A DNA stretch of 64,000 nucleotides from Sphagnum compactum (lineage: Eukaryota): NCBI GenBank assembly GCA_965153455.1, contig OZ234493.1, forward strand, positions 3,906,001-3,970,000. The letters are read 5' to 3'. Under the pieces are notes generated by a model, which saw only the letters and a program-made list of their open reading frames with translations, ran no database searches and was not told the DNA's origin. A program made the position numbers and the translations under genes. Below, one piece after another: positions 24,750 through 38,424 of this stretch (positions within the stretch are counted from its first letter, which is position 1; every line of letters starts with the position of its first letter).

Positions 24750-27030
24750 ATGGAGGTCAAGAAGGTGGCAAATGTTGCTAGTAGTGGGAGAGGTTTAGTA
24801 CATGAGGTGGGAGTAGGAGAAATAGGAAGAGGAGTTTTCCATGGTGGTGGTGGTGGTGATGGTGTTGGAGGACAACAACAAGAGGGCAAGGATGTTGGGA
24901 TCTTGCTGTATCAGGAGGTAATGGGGGAGGATGATCAAGAGCAAGTGGGGAATATGAACTTGGAGGGTGAAAAGATTGGTGGGGGAGATGTGGTGCATGG
25001 TCGGGTAGAGGAGATGGAGCTTGGTGGTGGTGGTGATGATGATGGTCGTGGTGCTTGTGAAGTATTGCGGCATGTGGATGGGGATGAAAATGGGGGGAGT
25101 ATGGAGGATATAGTGATGTGGAGAGATAAGATTGAGGTGTGTGCAGAGGGAGGGCATGTTGTGGTGGGCTCCTTGGAGGATGGAGTGGGCAGAGGAGGAG
25201 AAGGATTTAAGCTGCGAGAAGTGGACCAGGATGTTATGGAGGACAAGAATGGTGAGAGGAGGAGGAGAGAGGTGATGGAGCATGGACGAGATTTGCAGAC
25301 AGATATGGTTAGGTTTGCTGATGAGAAGCAGCAGGATGATGGTGTGGATAGGCAGCAGATTGAAGGGGAAGCAGAAACTACTACTATCAGTCCGAGTGTG
25401 ATCAAAGGGAGGGGAAAGACTCCGCGAGACACCGTAGTGGAGTGGAGTGATGGGGCGACCATTGTACTGCTCAATGTTTTTTCAGAGAAATACCGAGCCC
25501 TCGAGCGCAGCAATTTTACCAGCAAGATTTGGGCAGATATTGCAGCCTCTGTAAATGCAAGGCGAGTACCTTCGGGTGCCAAGGTTTGTGCAAAACCTCT
25601 GAAACTTCTTGAAAAACCTTATCCATGAGCCATAATAAACATTTTTGTGGAAGACTATCTTCAATCTTTGGTCACAATTGTGTACAGTTGTGCATGTGGA
25701 GCACACACGTGCAGACATTTCATGCCTTCAATGGGTATGGATGTTCAATTGATCAATTGATATGCACTGCTGCTCTTTGCAGTGGCAGTGATACAGAAAC
25801 CTTCTTGGAGAACAGAGAGTTATTCCTTGCACTCAATTTGGAAAGAAATTCTTGCCCAATAGTGTAGCAGGCCTGAAGATTCAAGGAAAGAGTGAGAACT
25901 ATCATCACCATTTTTCTGGAGCTCTAGCTTCATCTGTAAGTGTATGTGGATTCCTCATGAACAGTCTTTGATCCCATTTGAACTGTCGGGATTCCAAATG
26001 TTATGCTTCATCTTCATTCTATTGTGGGATACAGGGTACTACTTCTGGTGCAAGCCAGTGGGAGGGCACTCCAAAGACACAAGAGCAATGCCGCATCAAG
26101 GTACATTTGTGCCACTCTGGGTGACCATGCATCTATCTACTCATCATTTGGAAACTTAATGTTTTGATTCTGGAAAAGTTGCACTTTGATGTCCATGCAC
26201 AATTCTTTGTTGATGGTTTTAGAATCTGTGGCAAAGATCACATGCAGGAGGTTGAAGAATGTTTTGCCCTTATTGTGGCAAGTACAAATCCATCTCTATG
26301 TCTGCTAGATGAGTAGCAAGTACTGAGCAGATCTCTTAAGGAAAGTTTCTGTGCTTGGTTTGTTAAAAGCATATAATGTTGTTGGGAATTGTGGGGCTTT
26401 TAACCTCCTTTGAGCACTTTGTGGATTGCTTCCTTTTTTTGATTGAAGGTGGATAATCTGAAGAAACGTTACAAAGTGGAGAGGGAGAAGATGCTGACAT
26501 CTGGAATGACTACATCAAAGTGGCCTTTCTTTGATGCACTGGATGATCTCGTAGGCTCTAAGCCCCGCAACACAAGAGCAGGTGGAGGCACAGGAGGTTC
26601 ACTGAGATTAGGGTTAGCAAATGGGCAACCATTGGCACTCCAGTCTTCTGGTGAAGAAGGTGACCGGATCTTTTACCTGGAGGCAAGGAATGGGTCAAAT
26701 GTGGACCACAAGCCAGATACCTTTTACAACTTCACCCCACTGTCAGGACGTGGGAAGCGGAAGAAGGCACTTGAGGATCTTGAGCGAGAGCACGTGATTG
26801 CAGCATCATTGAGGGCTCTCTTTGAGGGTTTCAATATTGCAGGGAACATAATTGATGCAATGGCACATGAGGAAGTGGATGAGGACACACTGCTCAACTC
26901 GAGAGACGTGGGCTCTTTGCTTGAGAAAATCCTGGCAAAGCATCAGCTGGCAATAAAATTGGGGCCAGCTGAGCGGATCAAGCAAGCAATTGAGGAGGCC
27001 AAGGAAAAGAAGCTGAGAGCTGCACAATAG
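24750..27030 (+). CDS. Trihelix (Myb/SANT-like, ASIL/SIP1-type) transcription factor with acidic Gly-rich N-terminus and SAM-like C-terminus, ~493 aa. Exons 24750-25583, 26035-26100, 26449-27030
   Basis: The spliced domain reads EWSDGATIVLL...WADIAASVN...KTQEQCRIK|VDNLKKRYKVERE...SKWPFFDALDDL, a canonical trihelix. The start codon is uncertain because of the upstream repeat. Confidence 0.85.
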
Positions 27031-30000
27031 CATTCTTTTTGTTCCTAAATGTGGGAAGAGGGTTCTGTGGGAACATTGAGAGTTTGAATGTGCTTGTAAG
27101 GTCTATGTTATGTAGAGGACAAAACAGAGCAAGGGTGTTATTGTGTATAATCTTACAATGCAATTAGGATCTTAGTTGGGTTCAGAAACACATGTGGGCC
27201 TTTGGGAGGTGTAGTGGTGCAAGGGTTGGCAAGGTGGAATTTGTGGTGAGAGGTTTACACACATTCTCTGTACATATAGAGAGTGACATTTGGATGAATA
27301 TCTCGAACTGAAGCAAGCAGCACAGGTGGCTTTGATTCATTTCTCATTGATGAATCTGGGCTTGCATCAATCCAAGAATTCTTCGTCAACAAATTCGATG
27401 ATATTCTGGTGGGTTGGAAATTTGGGCTCCCTTTCTCTCTTCTCTGTGTTTTTTGTGTAGAGAGCAGTGTACAGGTTTATTTTTTGCAAGAATACAAATG
27501 ACTGCTTCAATCCAGAGTCCATGGTGCAACTGGCCAAATGGGGGATTCCCCTTTTGAGTACTCTTGCATGTTGGTCAAGGCTGTTCAGTTTTTTGTCAAG
27601 GTTCTCACTGTAGTTGTTATTGAGCAAGCAGGTGGGTTTGTCATGGATGACATGGCATTGCAGCTGGCTATTTTGAAGATGTGGATTGTTCAGTGGGAGA
27701 AAACATGCCGGCAAGCCTAAAGCTAGGAGAAAGGGAGTGGACCCAAATCCAAGGTTAGCTCTTCCGTGCAGCACTGTTTCTTCATGGTGGCCTTTCACAT
27801 ATTTTGTTCCCCCTGCAGATCTTTCATCACTCATAGTTCATGAGCAAGGCTTATGTCATTTCATTAAGTAATGCAAAATGCTGTCTGGATTGATGAAGCA
27901 TAAAATTGGACACCAGAAGCCTGTACACAGTTACTGCTTGTGCTTTTGCAGGTCTTGCAGGTCTTTCTAACAGGTGAAAGTACACACTGGAATGCAAGGT
28001 GAATCCTGTTGGTATACAGTTATGCATTAGTGAGACACACAGGAATGCTGCAAAGGCCTTGCTGTATAGAATTTGACACCTAGCACCTGGAGTTTGAAGG
28101 GCATGATTTGCCTGAAGACTAGAGAAACCTCAAAGTAGGTTACATGGCTGGCAAGCAAGTATGAAACACCCCATAACATGTGGCTGGAGCCTATGGCATG
28201 ATATTGTTTTGTTGTGAGGTTTAATGCTATTTCTTAGTTAATTGCCCAGAAGCCATTTATACAAACATGAAAAGAAGCACCCAAGCTGATGATGGATTCT
28301 TGGCAAGTGTGTTTTCTTGCCATCTCATCTTGTTCTGGTGTTCCAAATGGTGGAATTGATGCTGGCTTTTTCTCCTCTACACTGACTACTGTGGCTACTT
28401 GTCCATTCAGGTGCATCTATAAGTATTTTTGTGGGAGGCAAGTGATTTTTCTCGTATTGTCCTGTCTTTGTAAATTGTTTTTTTGTTGAAAAAAGTTTTG
28501 AGTTTAATGCTGAAATCTGATCCTTGACAAAAGACTGAAGTTATACTCATCAATCAATTCTCTGTATTGCTGTTGGTACTTCTTTGTGTTGAATTGTCTG
28601 TGTTCTCCACATTCAACCAAAGCTTGGTGTTTATTTGTGCTTTCCCAACAGCTTGAAGTGAACAAACTCCATTAAAGTAGTCACCATTGTTGCATGTGTA
28701 CAGGATATTTCAAAGGTGAAGAAGGTTCTGTTTGCTATAATTTACATAGACCTGTCTATACCTTTGGCTTAGATGATTTGCTTGTAAAGGCAAAAACTAA
28801 AATGAATCGAGGGTTACACACACAAGCTTATTGCCATTTCATATCTCCTGCTTCAATCTTCTGTGAACAAAGATGGTCAAAGAATTTACTATTTTTTGGC
28901 CTAAACAGAGAGATTATTAATCCCTCTGCTATAACATTTGAGCTTTGAGTCTCTATGGGATCAAGCTCCATGCACTTTGTAGCTGTTTTCATATGCAATG
29001 ATACCTTGAATCCCTTCTCCCAAGAGAATTACTGTCCTCCAGCTGAGTCTGAGTCTTCCGTTCGTGGTCCTACTGTGACAACAAAACAGATACAAGTGTT
29101 GAGTCAAAAGACAGTCAAAAGACCAGGCGTGCCTCCTTCTCCAAGCTTCATTGTGTATATGATGAGCATCAAAAACTTTTGCTGCTGGAAATCTCTGGCA
29201 GAGGGGGGTCAGTACCCTGGAGATTTTAAAGAAATTTGCAAGAACAGTCCAAACGATGTTAAGGTTGATTTTTATTCTAATGTGCAGCAAGAAGCCAAGG
29301 AATCAAGCTTCAAATGTGAAGGAAAAATCAATCAATCAATAACTTTGTGAGGAAGAGTTCAACTGAAATGTAGCGTAGCTAGTTTTCTTTTGTGATATAA
29401 CCTATGCTCAAACACTGCAGATTGTGCCACTAGTAATACTTAAAGAGAGAGTTGCAGAGTTTTAAAAGCTAAACTGCTTACATCCTCAATCATTTGTGCA
29501 GCATCTGTCTAGTATGTATATATATTAAGATAGCTATTTGTTTGTTTGTTTTGCTTGTTGGTTGTGATCAACTTGTAACCCTCTCAAACCTTTGGGCCTC
29601 GACCTTTGGGTTTCCGTACTGTCAAAAAGCCCTTGACAAGTGCACATTTGCCATTTCACAATATTGATAATGATAAGTTACTTGATTGAAAATAATCAGC
29701 CCATTGCATATAATGGCTCAGCCCATTCTGCCAAGTTAAAACCAGCAACAATTAAAATAACAAATGTTCCATAATGTTCCACAAAAATGAACTCACAGTT
29801 CACAATGACACCTGGTAAACATTCCTGGACATATGGTACCAAAAGGAAGACCTCGTCATTCTGTAGCATCTCCTTTATAGGCAAAGCAATTTCTGACAAC
29901 CATAAATCAATTTCTGACATGTATAAGTGCATGCACATGTTCTATGGATTCATGATGAGCTCATGCCTGTCTTTTATGAATATTAATACTCAAAACTAGA

Positions 30001-31262
30001 TACTTCTGCAGTATTTATTATGCATTAACATATTCATACCACTACTGTCTTGGACACAAAAGAATCATTGATATACTAACCAAGAAAGTATAACGCTTTA
30101 CAAAACCTTTGACAAGTATTAAGCTGCTATGGAAGTTTCATAAAGGGATCCAACACTAAGAAGATCTGACAAGCATGCTCAGAAGCCCATAACACTACCA
30201 AAACAGCTTGTAGGAACCTTTCATTGCAGCTCATAACAGCTTCATGGCTGTAGAATGCAGTAATTTAGCTCTGTCTATTTAGACTTATAGATTGTCTAAT
30301 TAGCCATACAACCTTGTTGTACAACATTTCACATGTGTGTCACACATGGTTTCCATGGTTTGACGCTCTTTTGCTATGGGATGAAGGGCAATATGAAATG
30401 AGTACCTTGGTTGGTGTGGGCTGGGTTGGTTGGAAACGTGAGCTTGCATTCCTGGAGGTGCCTACAATCACAATCTTCAGGATCTTCAATTGCACTTGAC
30501 CAATCCTGTAATGTGATAAATGGTCAGTTGGATTAATCCAAAGTGGGATAAAAATTGGATTGTCATATTAGAAAGAAACACAACTTTGACCTATTTTTCT
30601 TGCAAGACATAATTGGTAATCTAGGAAAACTGCTGCATCTTACTGCAAAAGACTGATCACAAGTGACATGTTTACAAGAGAAAAGAACAAAGACGCATCT
30701 GATAACATAGGACTTTTGCCATAAATTTGACTCCTTACCTGTATCATTCTTGACTTCAAGCTTGGCATAAAAAACTTGAACCAAAAGCAGAAAGCAAATG
30801 TGCAAGTTTATTGTCACCCAAATTGTCTTGTCTTCTGCAATGCCAAACAATTTGGGCCCTCTGTCAAACATTCCAGACAGTGTATCCACAACACAAAAAA
30901 GGTAAGCATCAGGGGGGGGTTCAGACACTGCCCTCCAATGAATTAATCAGAACAATTGTATTATTAAAACCAACAAACGCAGTTGCACCACATGATGTGT
31001 GAACATTCAGGCTTTAGACCAAATGTAAGGATGGACAGCAGCTGATGTTCAACACTCCAAGACAGAGTGACATAGAAGCCTAGCTACAGAGAAGAACTGG
31101 GGAGAATATTATCTGCACTGATTTTATTTTAGAATAATGCACTGCTTGCATAAAGAAAGAGAAAATAGCAGACAACGAGATTTCCAATATTTAAGCATGG
31201 CACAAGAAGCAAAACACAAGGGAAAAATATAGGGAGGGTGGAAACTGAAGAAGAGCTTACAG

Positions 31263-31788
31263 CTTCTGGAGTGTGTGGGTGCTGATAGGGCCATTGAGGT
31301 TCCAACTGTTGTGGTCCTGTAGCAGCCCGTGCTCATGTGAGGGCGAGCCTGTGATTGCAGCAATGCTGGCTGTGAGTTTGGCTCCTGTTGCTGTGGAAAT
31401 TGAGAGGGATAAGCTCTGAGTGTAGATGTTGGAGTGGAGTGTTCAGGTTGCAATCAGGTAGTCTGCTGCATAGGTTGCCCCACAGGAGTGTGCATTGATG
31501 GAAGAAACCATGACAGATGTGTCATATGCTGCACCTGACCTCTATCAAGGGTTGTTGCGCCTTGCTGCATTTGTGCTACAGATTGTTAGGTTGTACACTG
31601 CGAGCACTGCCATCTCCAACTGCATGATCTGCAACTGAGCACCTTGCCACCACTAGTGTTCTGTGTGCAGCATGATAGGTGCTATTCCCGTCTTGCACGT
31701 CACACACTTCTTGTGACCTTGGCATGCAATTTACTGAAGTCTTTCTCATCTGGGTTTGCAATACATTCTAGAGGCAATAAACTGCTTC
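31263..31788 (-). pseudogene. Exon-like, Q/P-rich coding remnant with stops and frameshift
   Basis: Good acceptor ttttgttggcag at ~31789 and a gtaag donor near 31258. Reads AQMQQGATTLDRGQVQHM...QPMQQTT*LQPEHSTP...QFPQQQEPNSQP. No family recognised. Confidence 0.3.
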
Positions 31789-34700
31789 CTGCCAACAAAA
31801 ATCACAAGCATGGGTGGTTTGACAAATCCATGGAATTCACCCTTATATCTCAATTGAGGACAAAGCAGACACTACTGAAGAACTAAGGACATTGGTCTGT
31901 TTCCTGACACATTATGCAGGTGTTGTTCTGAACACAGATTACATCCAGCCACCTTTCTTGTGTGGGGGGGGTATAAATTTCTGGGAAGAAAATCATTGTA
32001 ACTAACCACTGGTAGCTGCATTCAAACCCATGTCATGCCACCCAAATGGGCCAGATTTTCAGTTTGAACATTAAATGGCATGCATATTTTCAGGTGATGG
32101 AGATGATGAATGCCCCATACAAGACCCAGCATCTTATAAACAGTAGTGGAAACCACTAAAAATCAAGCAACTTGGTGAAAACAGAGATATATCAGATATT
32201 GACTCCAATGAGAATGTTGAGCTCAACAGCATTGCAGTTTTAAAGTTTGAGCCATCATCAACAGCTGCCAATGAAAATATTTCCGAACACAAAGCATTGC
32301 TTGCCAACTACAAGCCCAAAGATACCCCTCATACTAAATCCAGGGAAACTGTTATCCAGCTGACTCTAGAGAGCCCACATGAGGTGTATCTAGTGTATGG
32401 TTTTGGAACAATATCTTCATAAGCATTAAGAACATACATAGGATCTATGTTGATCTGAATGAAACTGAGACATGACCCATTGCTAAGGTTAGATTGATTT
32501 CAATTCAACAATATATCAGCAGAGAGGAAAAAGAGAAGACACCAACACTAAAAAAAGAAAAAAACTTAGGAGCACTGTGGACATACTGAGAGTGTCACTC
32601 ATGTTCAGTGACCTTCACTGACAGCAACATGTAGGATAGTGACCAGCTACCATAACACCTCCACTATCAGCTCCTAGCAGTGGTGATGATGGAGGCCAAT
32701 ATCAGACATTATTCAATGTACCTAGTTTCTGTTATGAGACCAGCAGTAACAGGAATACTCAGCCATATTGCTGGCTAGCTTGACACAACAGCAAAGAGAT
32801 GGAATAGAAAGGTGGACAAAAAGAGAAAAAACAAAAAAGAGAACTGGAGAAACAAAACATTTTTGTGAGCACATTCTTTCAAGGATCACAACCAAAAACA
32901 GGTTGCATGAGTTTGAACTCAACAGCTAGAGATTAAAGTTTGAAGGAAGATGAAGGGTACAAACTCCAAATATTGATACTTAAAAAACACCTCTCTGCAG
33001 GTTGCAGAAACTTACTTGCATCTGGGGAGCTTCAAATCGCCTTCCTCCTTCAAACGTGGATGGCAAGAATACAAGTTACAATTGCGTCCACATAATGTAG
33101 CAGTAGGGCTTCAGACCTAGGGACTGCTTACACTCCAAAATGATCTACCTGAAGGTTGTGCTCAAAACAGCCCAGCAATTGACCTCATCACCTGCTAGAA
33201 CCTTACCTTTCTAGGACACGGTGGCCTATGAACTCCCCCCAAAAACAGCTTGAATTAGCTGTCTCTCTCCAATGCCATCTTGGCTATTTTTCTTTACTCC
33301 TATCTCCATGTACAGAGGGTGAGACAACAGCAGTACAAGATAGAAATATCTACCGCATCACAACAGCATGGGCTGAACTACATTAAAAAGCTACATGAGT
33401 GATTTGTGAAGAACTGGCAACTTAGAGGTGTGTGACTGAGTGTTTTGCAGCTCTCAATTGCTTAGCATGTTTCAATGGCATAGAGCATAAACACTATTAC
33501 TTGCCATGCTTGCAGTCACTCAAAACACAATCAGGTTGCACACCCAGCAAGACCCTCACGGCAGCGAGATCTTGTGAAACTTAGGGCTAGAACAGTAAAA
33601 CCCCCAGGGTTCCCCCTGCCAGTTCAAATCATTCTGGCTGACATTAGATAAAACTGGGATTTTGAGCAAAACCACTTACATTATGAAGCTACAATTTCCT
33701 TCAGACTCGATGCTTTAAGTTTAGTGCATCAATCCTGCAAAGAGCTAGTTGGGCTTCAACAACCCCAACAACCAGAAAAACAAACACCTCAACTCCTAAA
33801 AATTCCACAAAACTATGTAGTCTTTAGGGTTTAGATTTAAGGCTTAGATTTAATTTGTCCCTACCTAGATAAACATACAACCAATGATGATGGTCCTAAT
33901 CATCTTATTCCTTAAGGTCTGCCTAATCTGCCTATTCAGTGACTTCACAAAGGACAGCAGACTGTCAAAGATAAACTATTCACCTTACTGAATTTCAGAC
34001 ATGATGAAAACATATGTGCCAATTCACTCTTCCCTACCCAGGAAAAGATGTCTACAGGCACCCCCACTTACAAGGACTGAGAGCAAAATTCCTATATAAC
34101 AAAAGCATCCAGGCTTCCCAAGCATGAAATCAACTTGGATTTCTTCCCTATATTACATTCAGCTGCATCAAGGTCACAACACATCTGCCCCTATCTTTGA
34201 CACCCACATAAAGCTTCAGAGGTCCCCACAAAGATGACAACCACCTAAAGAAAAGAGGGAAAAAAAAAAAGGGGGAAAAAGGCTTTAACAACAGCTAGAC
34301 TATATTTGCCAGTTACAATCCTTGCATAAGTTTAAAGAAGAAATCACAATGTCCAAGTTGACAGACAGACTGTTAGTTTGATATAGGATCCTACAAATTT
34401 CTACTAATACAAAATATAGTTAGTAAGGCAGGTGCTCTTGGTGCCCAAAGACAAGTTTCACCCAGGTGGCTTTCATTTCTAAGGCATGGCAGAAACCATA
34501 CACTTCTGCAGGGTTAGAGATGACTCAACACATACTTTTTGTCTTGAATATCCTCACTCAAACAAGGGCCCTTTCAAAATGTGGTTTTTCCACAATGATT
34601 TTCACCAATATTTCACTGAACACAATCAATTTTTGATGAGGTGAGCAACTCATGTCCATTGGTACTCTATTCACTACGGCCTAGATTTTGGGGAAAAAAG

Positions 34701-35075
34701 GCTTCTGCCAACAAGGTAGGTCAGAATATAATCCAACAATATAAGTCCAGATCCAAGCTTACAAGCAGTTCTTTAGACTACATGGCACTATCACAGACAG
34801 GCTACAAGACTAATTACTATACGAATGAACCTTGTGAGCAACCCTAATAGCCATGTTGTAGGAAAAGGAGCCAACATGGACACACTCTGAATGGGTTGCT
34901 AAAACAAAAAAAGCTGTAGCTGGAGTTTCCTGAGAGGTTGACATCAGGGAACCAACCAGTAGCCATGATGTTTTTCAGCTTAAGCTGCAGACGAGTGGGA
35001 AAAGACCTTGCAAGACAGCTAAGATAATATTCAGTGATGTAACCTGTGCCCCTAATCCAAAGGATGCCCTATGCT

Positions 35076-37578
35076 TTATCTACGCACATGAGGCATGCCC
35101 AAATGACGTTGCACATTATTGGGTGCCCAGGTCGGGGCTGGTGCAGCTGCATACGGCACACCATTCTCCAAAGTATACAGCATCTGAATGGTAACAAGTG
35201 AAGCAGCTATGAGCAGAAGACCTACTTAGTGAAAGCATCAGTTTTTGCAAATTATTGCATGTGGCACCAAAAACTTAGTGGAACGTTACAATGAAAAAAC
35301 TCAGAAACAAGCAAACAACACTAAGTTTTGTCATGGTGCCCAAGTGGTGAGCTGCCAGACTGACCCATACTCCCAAAGCTGACAGACACAAGAAGAACCC
35401 AGAGCACCCCATAAAGGGGGGCACGACCTTAGAAATTCACATTTACTGTACTTTCCAAAGATAAAATTACAATCCTTGGACCCTCTGCAACACAGTATGT
35501 TTGGATTCATCACCCACTTAAATGATAAGATGCTCAGATATTGGGAACCCAAAGATCCATATCCAATAGTCTAGAGGATCATCAACAGCATGAGGCTGGG
35601 AGAAGGTTCTCCATTTGGAGCAGATAAGGATCCATCAAAGTAGAGTGGATAGTATAGAACTTCTTCGGGTATTTGGCCAAGGCCAAATGAAAAAAGGTGG
35701 TCAAATCTCTTTTGCAATATCCTACCCAGCTATAGACATCTCATCCATGGGGAGGCCACTTCAGATATGACAGCAGTCTTTAGTATTGATAACCTCACCT
35801 CCTCATGACAAAGTTAGAGTATATTCATCCATGATTCATTATGGCTTCTGGCTACTGCAGCTAGATAACCACTTCCTCATGGTGATGGCTAGTACATTGA
35901 CATTTTTATGTGTGTCAGTAAGCTCTCATGTTCCATGCAGCAGCCATACAAATTCAGCACAATCAGACTCCAGTGAGATATGCTTCTTGTGCACAATTGC
36001 AAAGATGTTGCACATAACCGTGTAGACTGTGGACCATTCACACATGAACTCTAGTGACACTAACAGGTCAGGCAGGAGAGCTTCATGCTCAAGAAGCAGC
36101 AGGCAAATGCCAATTTGCTACTTTCCATGGGAACCTCAGAGCAGTTTCTAGGGTCATATCTCCACTTGGGCAGCACTTCTCAAACCAAGAGAAAGAATTA
36201 GTGGCTGGACCAGAAAGCAATTAAGCCATCGACGGAATGGATATACCTGGGGATGCATGCTATAGCCGTCACCATAAACTTGCTGCGGCATGGTAGCATA
36301 AGTGACATCCTGGACAGGATATCCTCCATTGTATAATGCAACACCTGTCATTCATAACAGGTAAAGTATCCAACAGTGAGTAGCATAGCTTTCAATATTC
36401 TGCATTAGCAGATCTAAAGTCTTGTTTCTAGCTATCAAATGCTACATCAAAGACCACTTAATCAAAATAAGATGACACCCAACCTCTACTTAGCTTAGGG
36501 TTTCTTGTGCACCATGACAACATTTTGCATTATTATTACACAGCAATGCTGCATTGATTGCTCCAACAGAAGTACCAGAATTATGCACACGCGCTCTATT
36601 TTCAGCATTTGTCTGCTCTGCACGCAGTTTCTCCAGATCTCTAGCCATGCTGACCAGATTCTTCTCCATCGACTGTCTCTGTTCCAACTGCTCAGCATTT
36701 ACCTTCTTCTCAAGTTCAAATGCTGCTCTGCTCACACCCATGATAAACAAACAGATCAAAATAGAGCAGAAGCAAAGTGAGGTTATGTGTCTACTTCTCA
36801 CTTATCAAGCCTTCTTGCATAGACATGTACCTAACAGAATTGCAGGGTTTACTCCTCCCTGCTACACAAGGACATGGTACCCAATCTCCAGATAGCACAT
36901 AGGATGACAGAGAGATTCCTTCAGCAACTCCTCATCTTACATACAATGAACCTCCAGAAACACCTGGCCAATCAATGACCAGCACAACAAGAAAAAGCCT
37001 GACCTTGCCCTCTGCAGCTCCTGGCGAAGAGTATCAAGTTCTGCACGCATGGAAGGAACCTGCTGGGCCTCCACACGAGCCCGCTGCAGGTCCTGACTTG
37101 AAGTGCGCAACTGCTGTGCAAGCTCTTGAGAATGTACATGCATTTTTTGGCAATCGGTTCGGGCTTGGTGGAGTTCTGCTTTGAGCAGTTCAGTGGCTCG
37201 CAGATCTGCCTCCAGCTTTGCTGTCTTGTCCAACAGTGATCGCATCTGGGCATCCTTCTCAGCCTGAATGGCTACTGCCAGTGCCTGTAGCCGCTGAACT
37301 TCTTGCTGTGCAGCAGCTAGTTCCTGCCTGAGCGCCACATGAGTTGCTGCAAGTCGCTGATTCTCTGTCAATAACCGCTGAATCTCATTGTGCTGGGTCG
37401 AGATTTTCTGTTCAAGCATTCCTGGAGGAGGCCCAGACAGGACTGGCGGTGCCCCAACCATAGGTGGCCGCATCAGCTGCCCATAAGGTAAAGGACGCAA
37501 ACCATTGAGGCCATTTTGAGGCGCAGACCGAGCATTAAGCACTTGTTGTGGGACCGGCATGCGGTTCCTATTTGACAT
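35076..37578 (-). CDS. FLX-like (FLC EXPRESSOR family) coiled-coil protein, ~310 aa. Exons 37578-37004, 36727-36576, 36344-36247, 35183-35076
   Basis: Family motifs QHNEIQRLLTENQRLAATHVALRQELAAAQQE, ARAAFELEKK and MEKNLVSMARDLEKLRAE, with a Tyr/Gly-rich tail ending W...QR...RR*. GT-AG junctions are in frame. The last exon is less certain. Confidence 0.88.
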
Positions 37579-37751
37579 CTCTCCTCTTTAAGTTCTTCTT
37601 TCCCAACCACCTCCCTGCCTCCTGCAGTTGCTGAAACTGCAACCAACAAGAAGCCTTCAGAAGACACGCCCCCCCAAAAAAAACCATAAAACAAACATGC
37701 AAACAAAACCAGTCCTTTCCCTCTCTCTTTTTACAGAAAACTGTAGCACCC

Positions 37752-37769
37752 AAACCCTAATTAGGGTTT
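37752..37769. promoter_or_regulatory. Perfect palindromic double telo-box AAACCCTAATTAGGGTTT in the FLX-like 5' leader intron
   Basis: The 18-bp palindrome is visible directly; AAACCCTA is the plant telo-box. Confidence 0.6.
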
Positions 37770-38424
37770 TCAAACAGAACTTCGATAGAAAACAAAGCAG
37801 CAACCTCTTTTTCCAACGCAACGGAAACTACTAGCGAGAACTGCATCCAGCAGCAAAACCCAACAAAAAAAACCTACCAAAAGAGCTTAAGAACAAAAAC
37901 AGTCTACAGAAGAAAAGGAAGGAAGTAAGGTATGATGTATCTATCTATGTAGTGTTTCCACCTAAACCAAAAAATTAAAAAAATCAAATAAAATCAGTCA
38001 GCATGGTGAGGACATGCATTTCCTTTACCTGGAGAAGAATAGAAAACTCAAAAGCTTCCCCTTCAGTTCATATCAAGAACACCCCTGATTGTTTTCTTCA
38101 CCATAAGCGGAAAAGAAAAAAGCTGGTCGTTTTCTCCCCTTCTCGTCCTTGTCCTTTCCCCTTTCCAAACGCCAGTTTCAAAACCCACGAGAGACTACTC
38201 TTGAGTCGCAAATCAAGCGGGATGATGATGATGATGGTGAGTGTGAGGGCAAAGAAGGAGAACATTAGCGACGGCTTTTGTTGCTCCTCCTTGTTCTGCG
38301 CAGAAGAAGCTCCGCTCTTACAATGGCAGCAGCAGCCAAAACACAACACGGCAAAAGCGGCGCCAAAAGAAAGGCAGCAAATTTCGCTGCCAAAAACAAC
38401 CGACAAGGAACAAAGAAGAGATTG

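Noticed and set aside
24238-25582. Antisense ORFs of 142-215 aa
   Set aside because: Shadows of the purine-rich trihelix exon and the upstream repeat.
27367-29350. ORFs of 109-155 aa downstream of the trihelix gene
   Set aside because: No family motifs or coherent splice model; likely UTR or intergenic.
35331-35384. Alternative FLX-like last exon (LWEYGSVWQLTTWAP*)
   Set aside because: A plausible acceptor exists, but the 35183-35076 exon fits the family's W...QR...RR* ending better. It cannot be excluded as a minor isoform.
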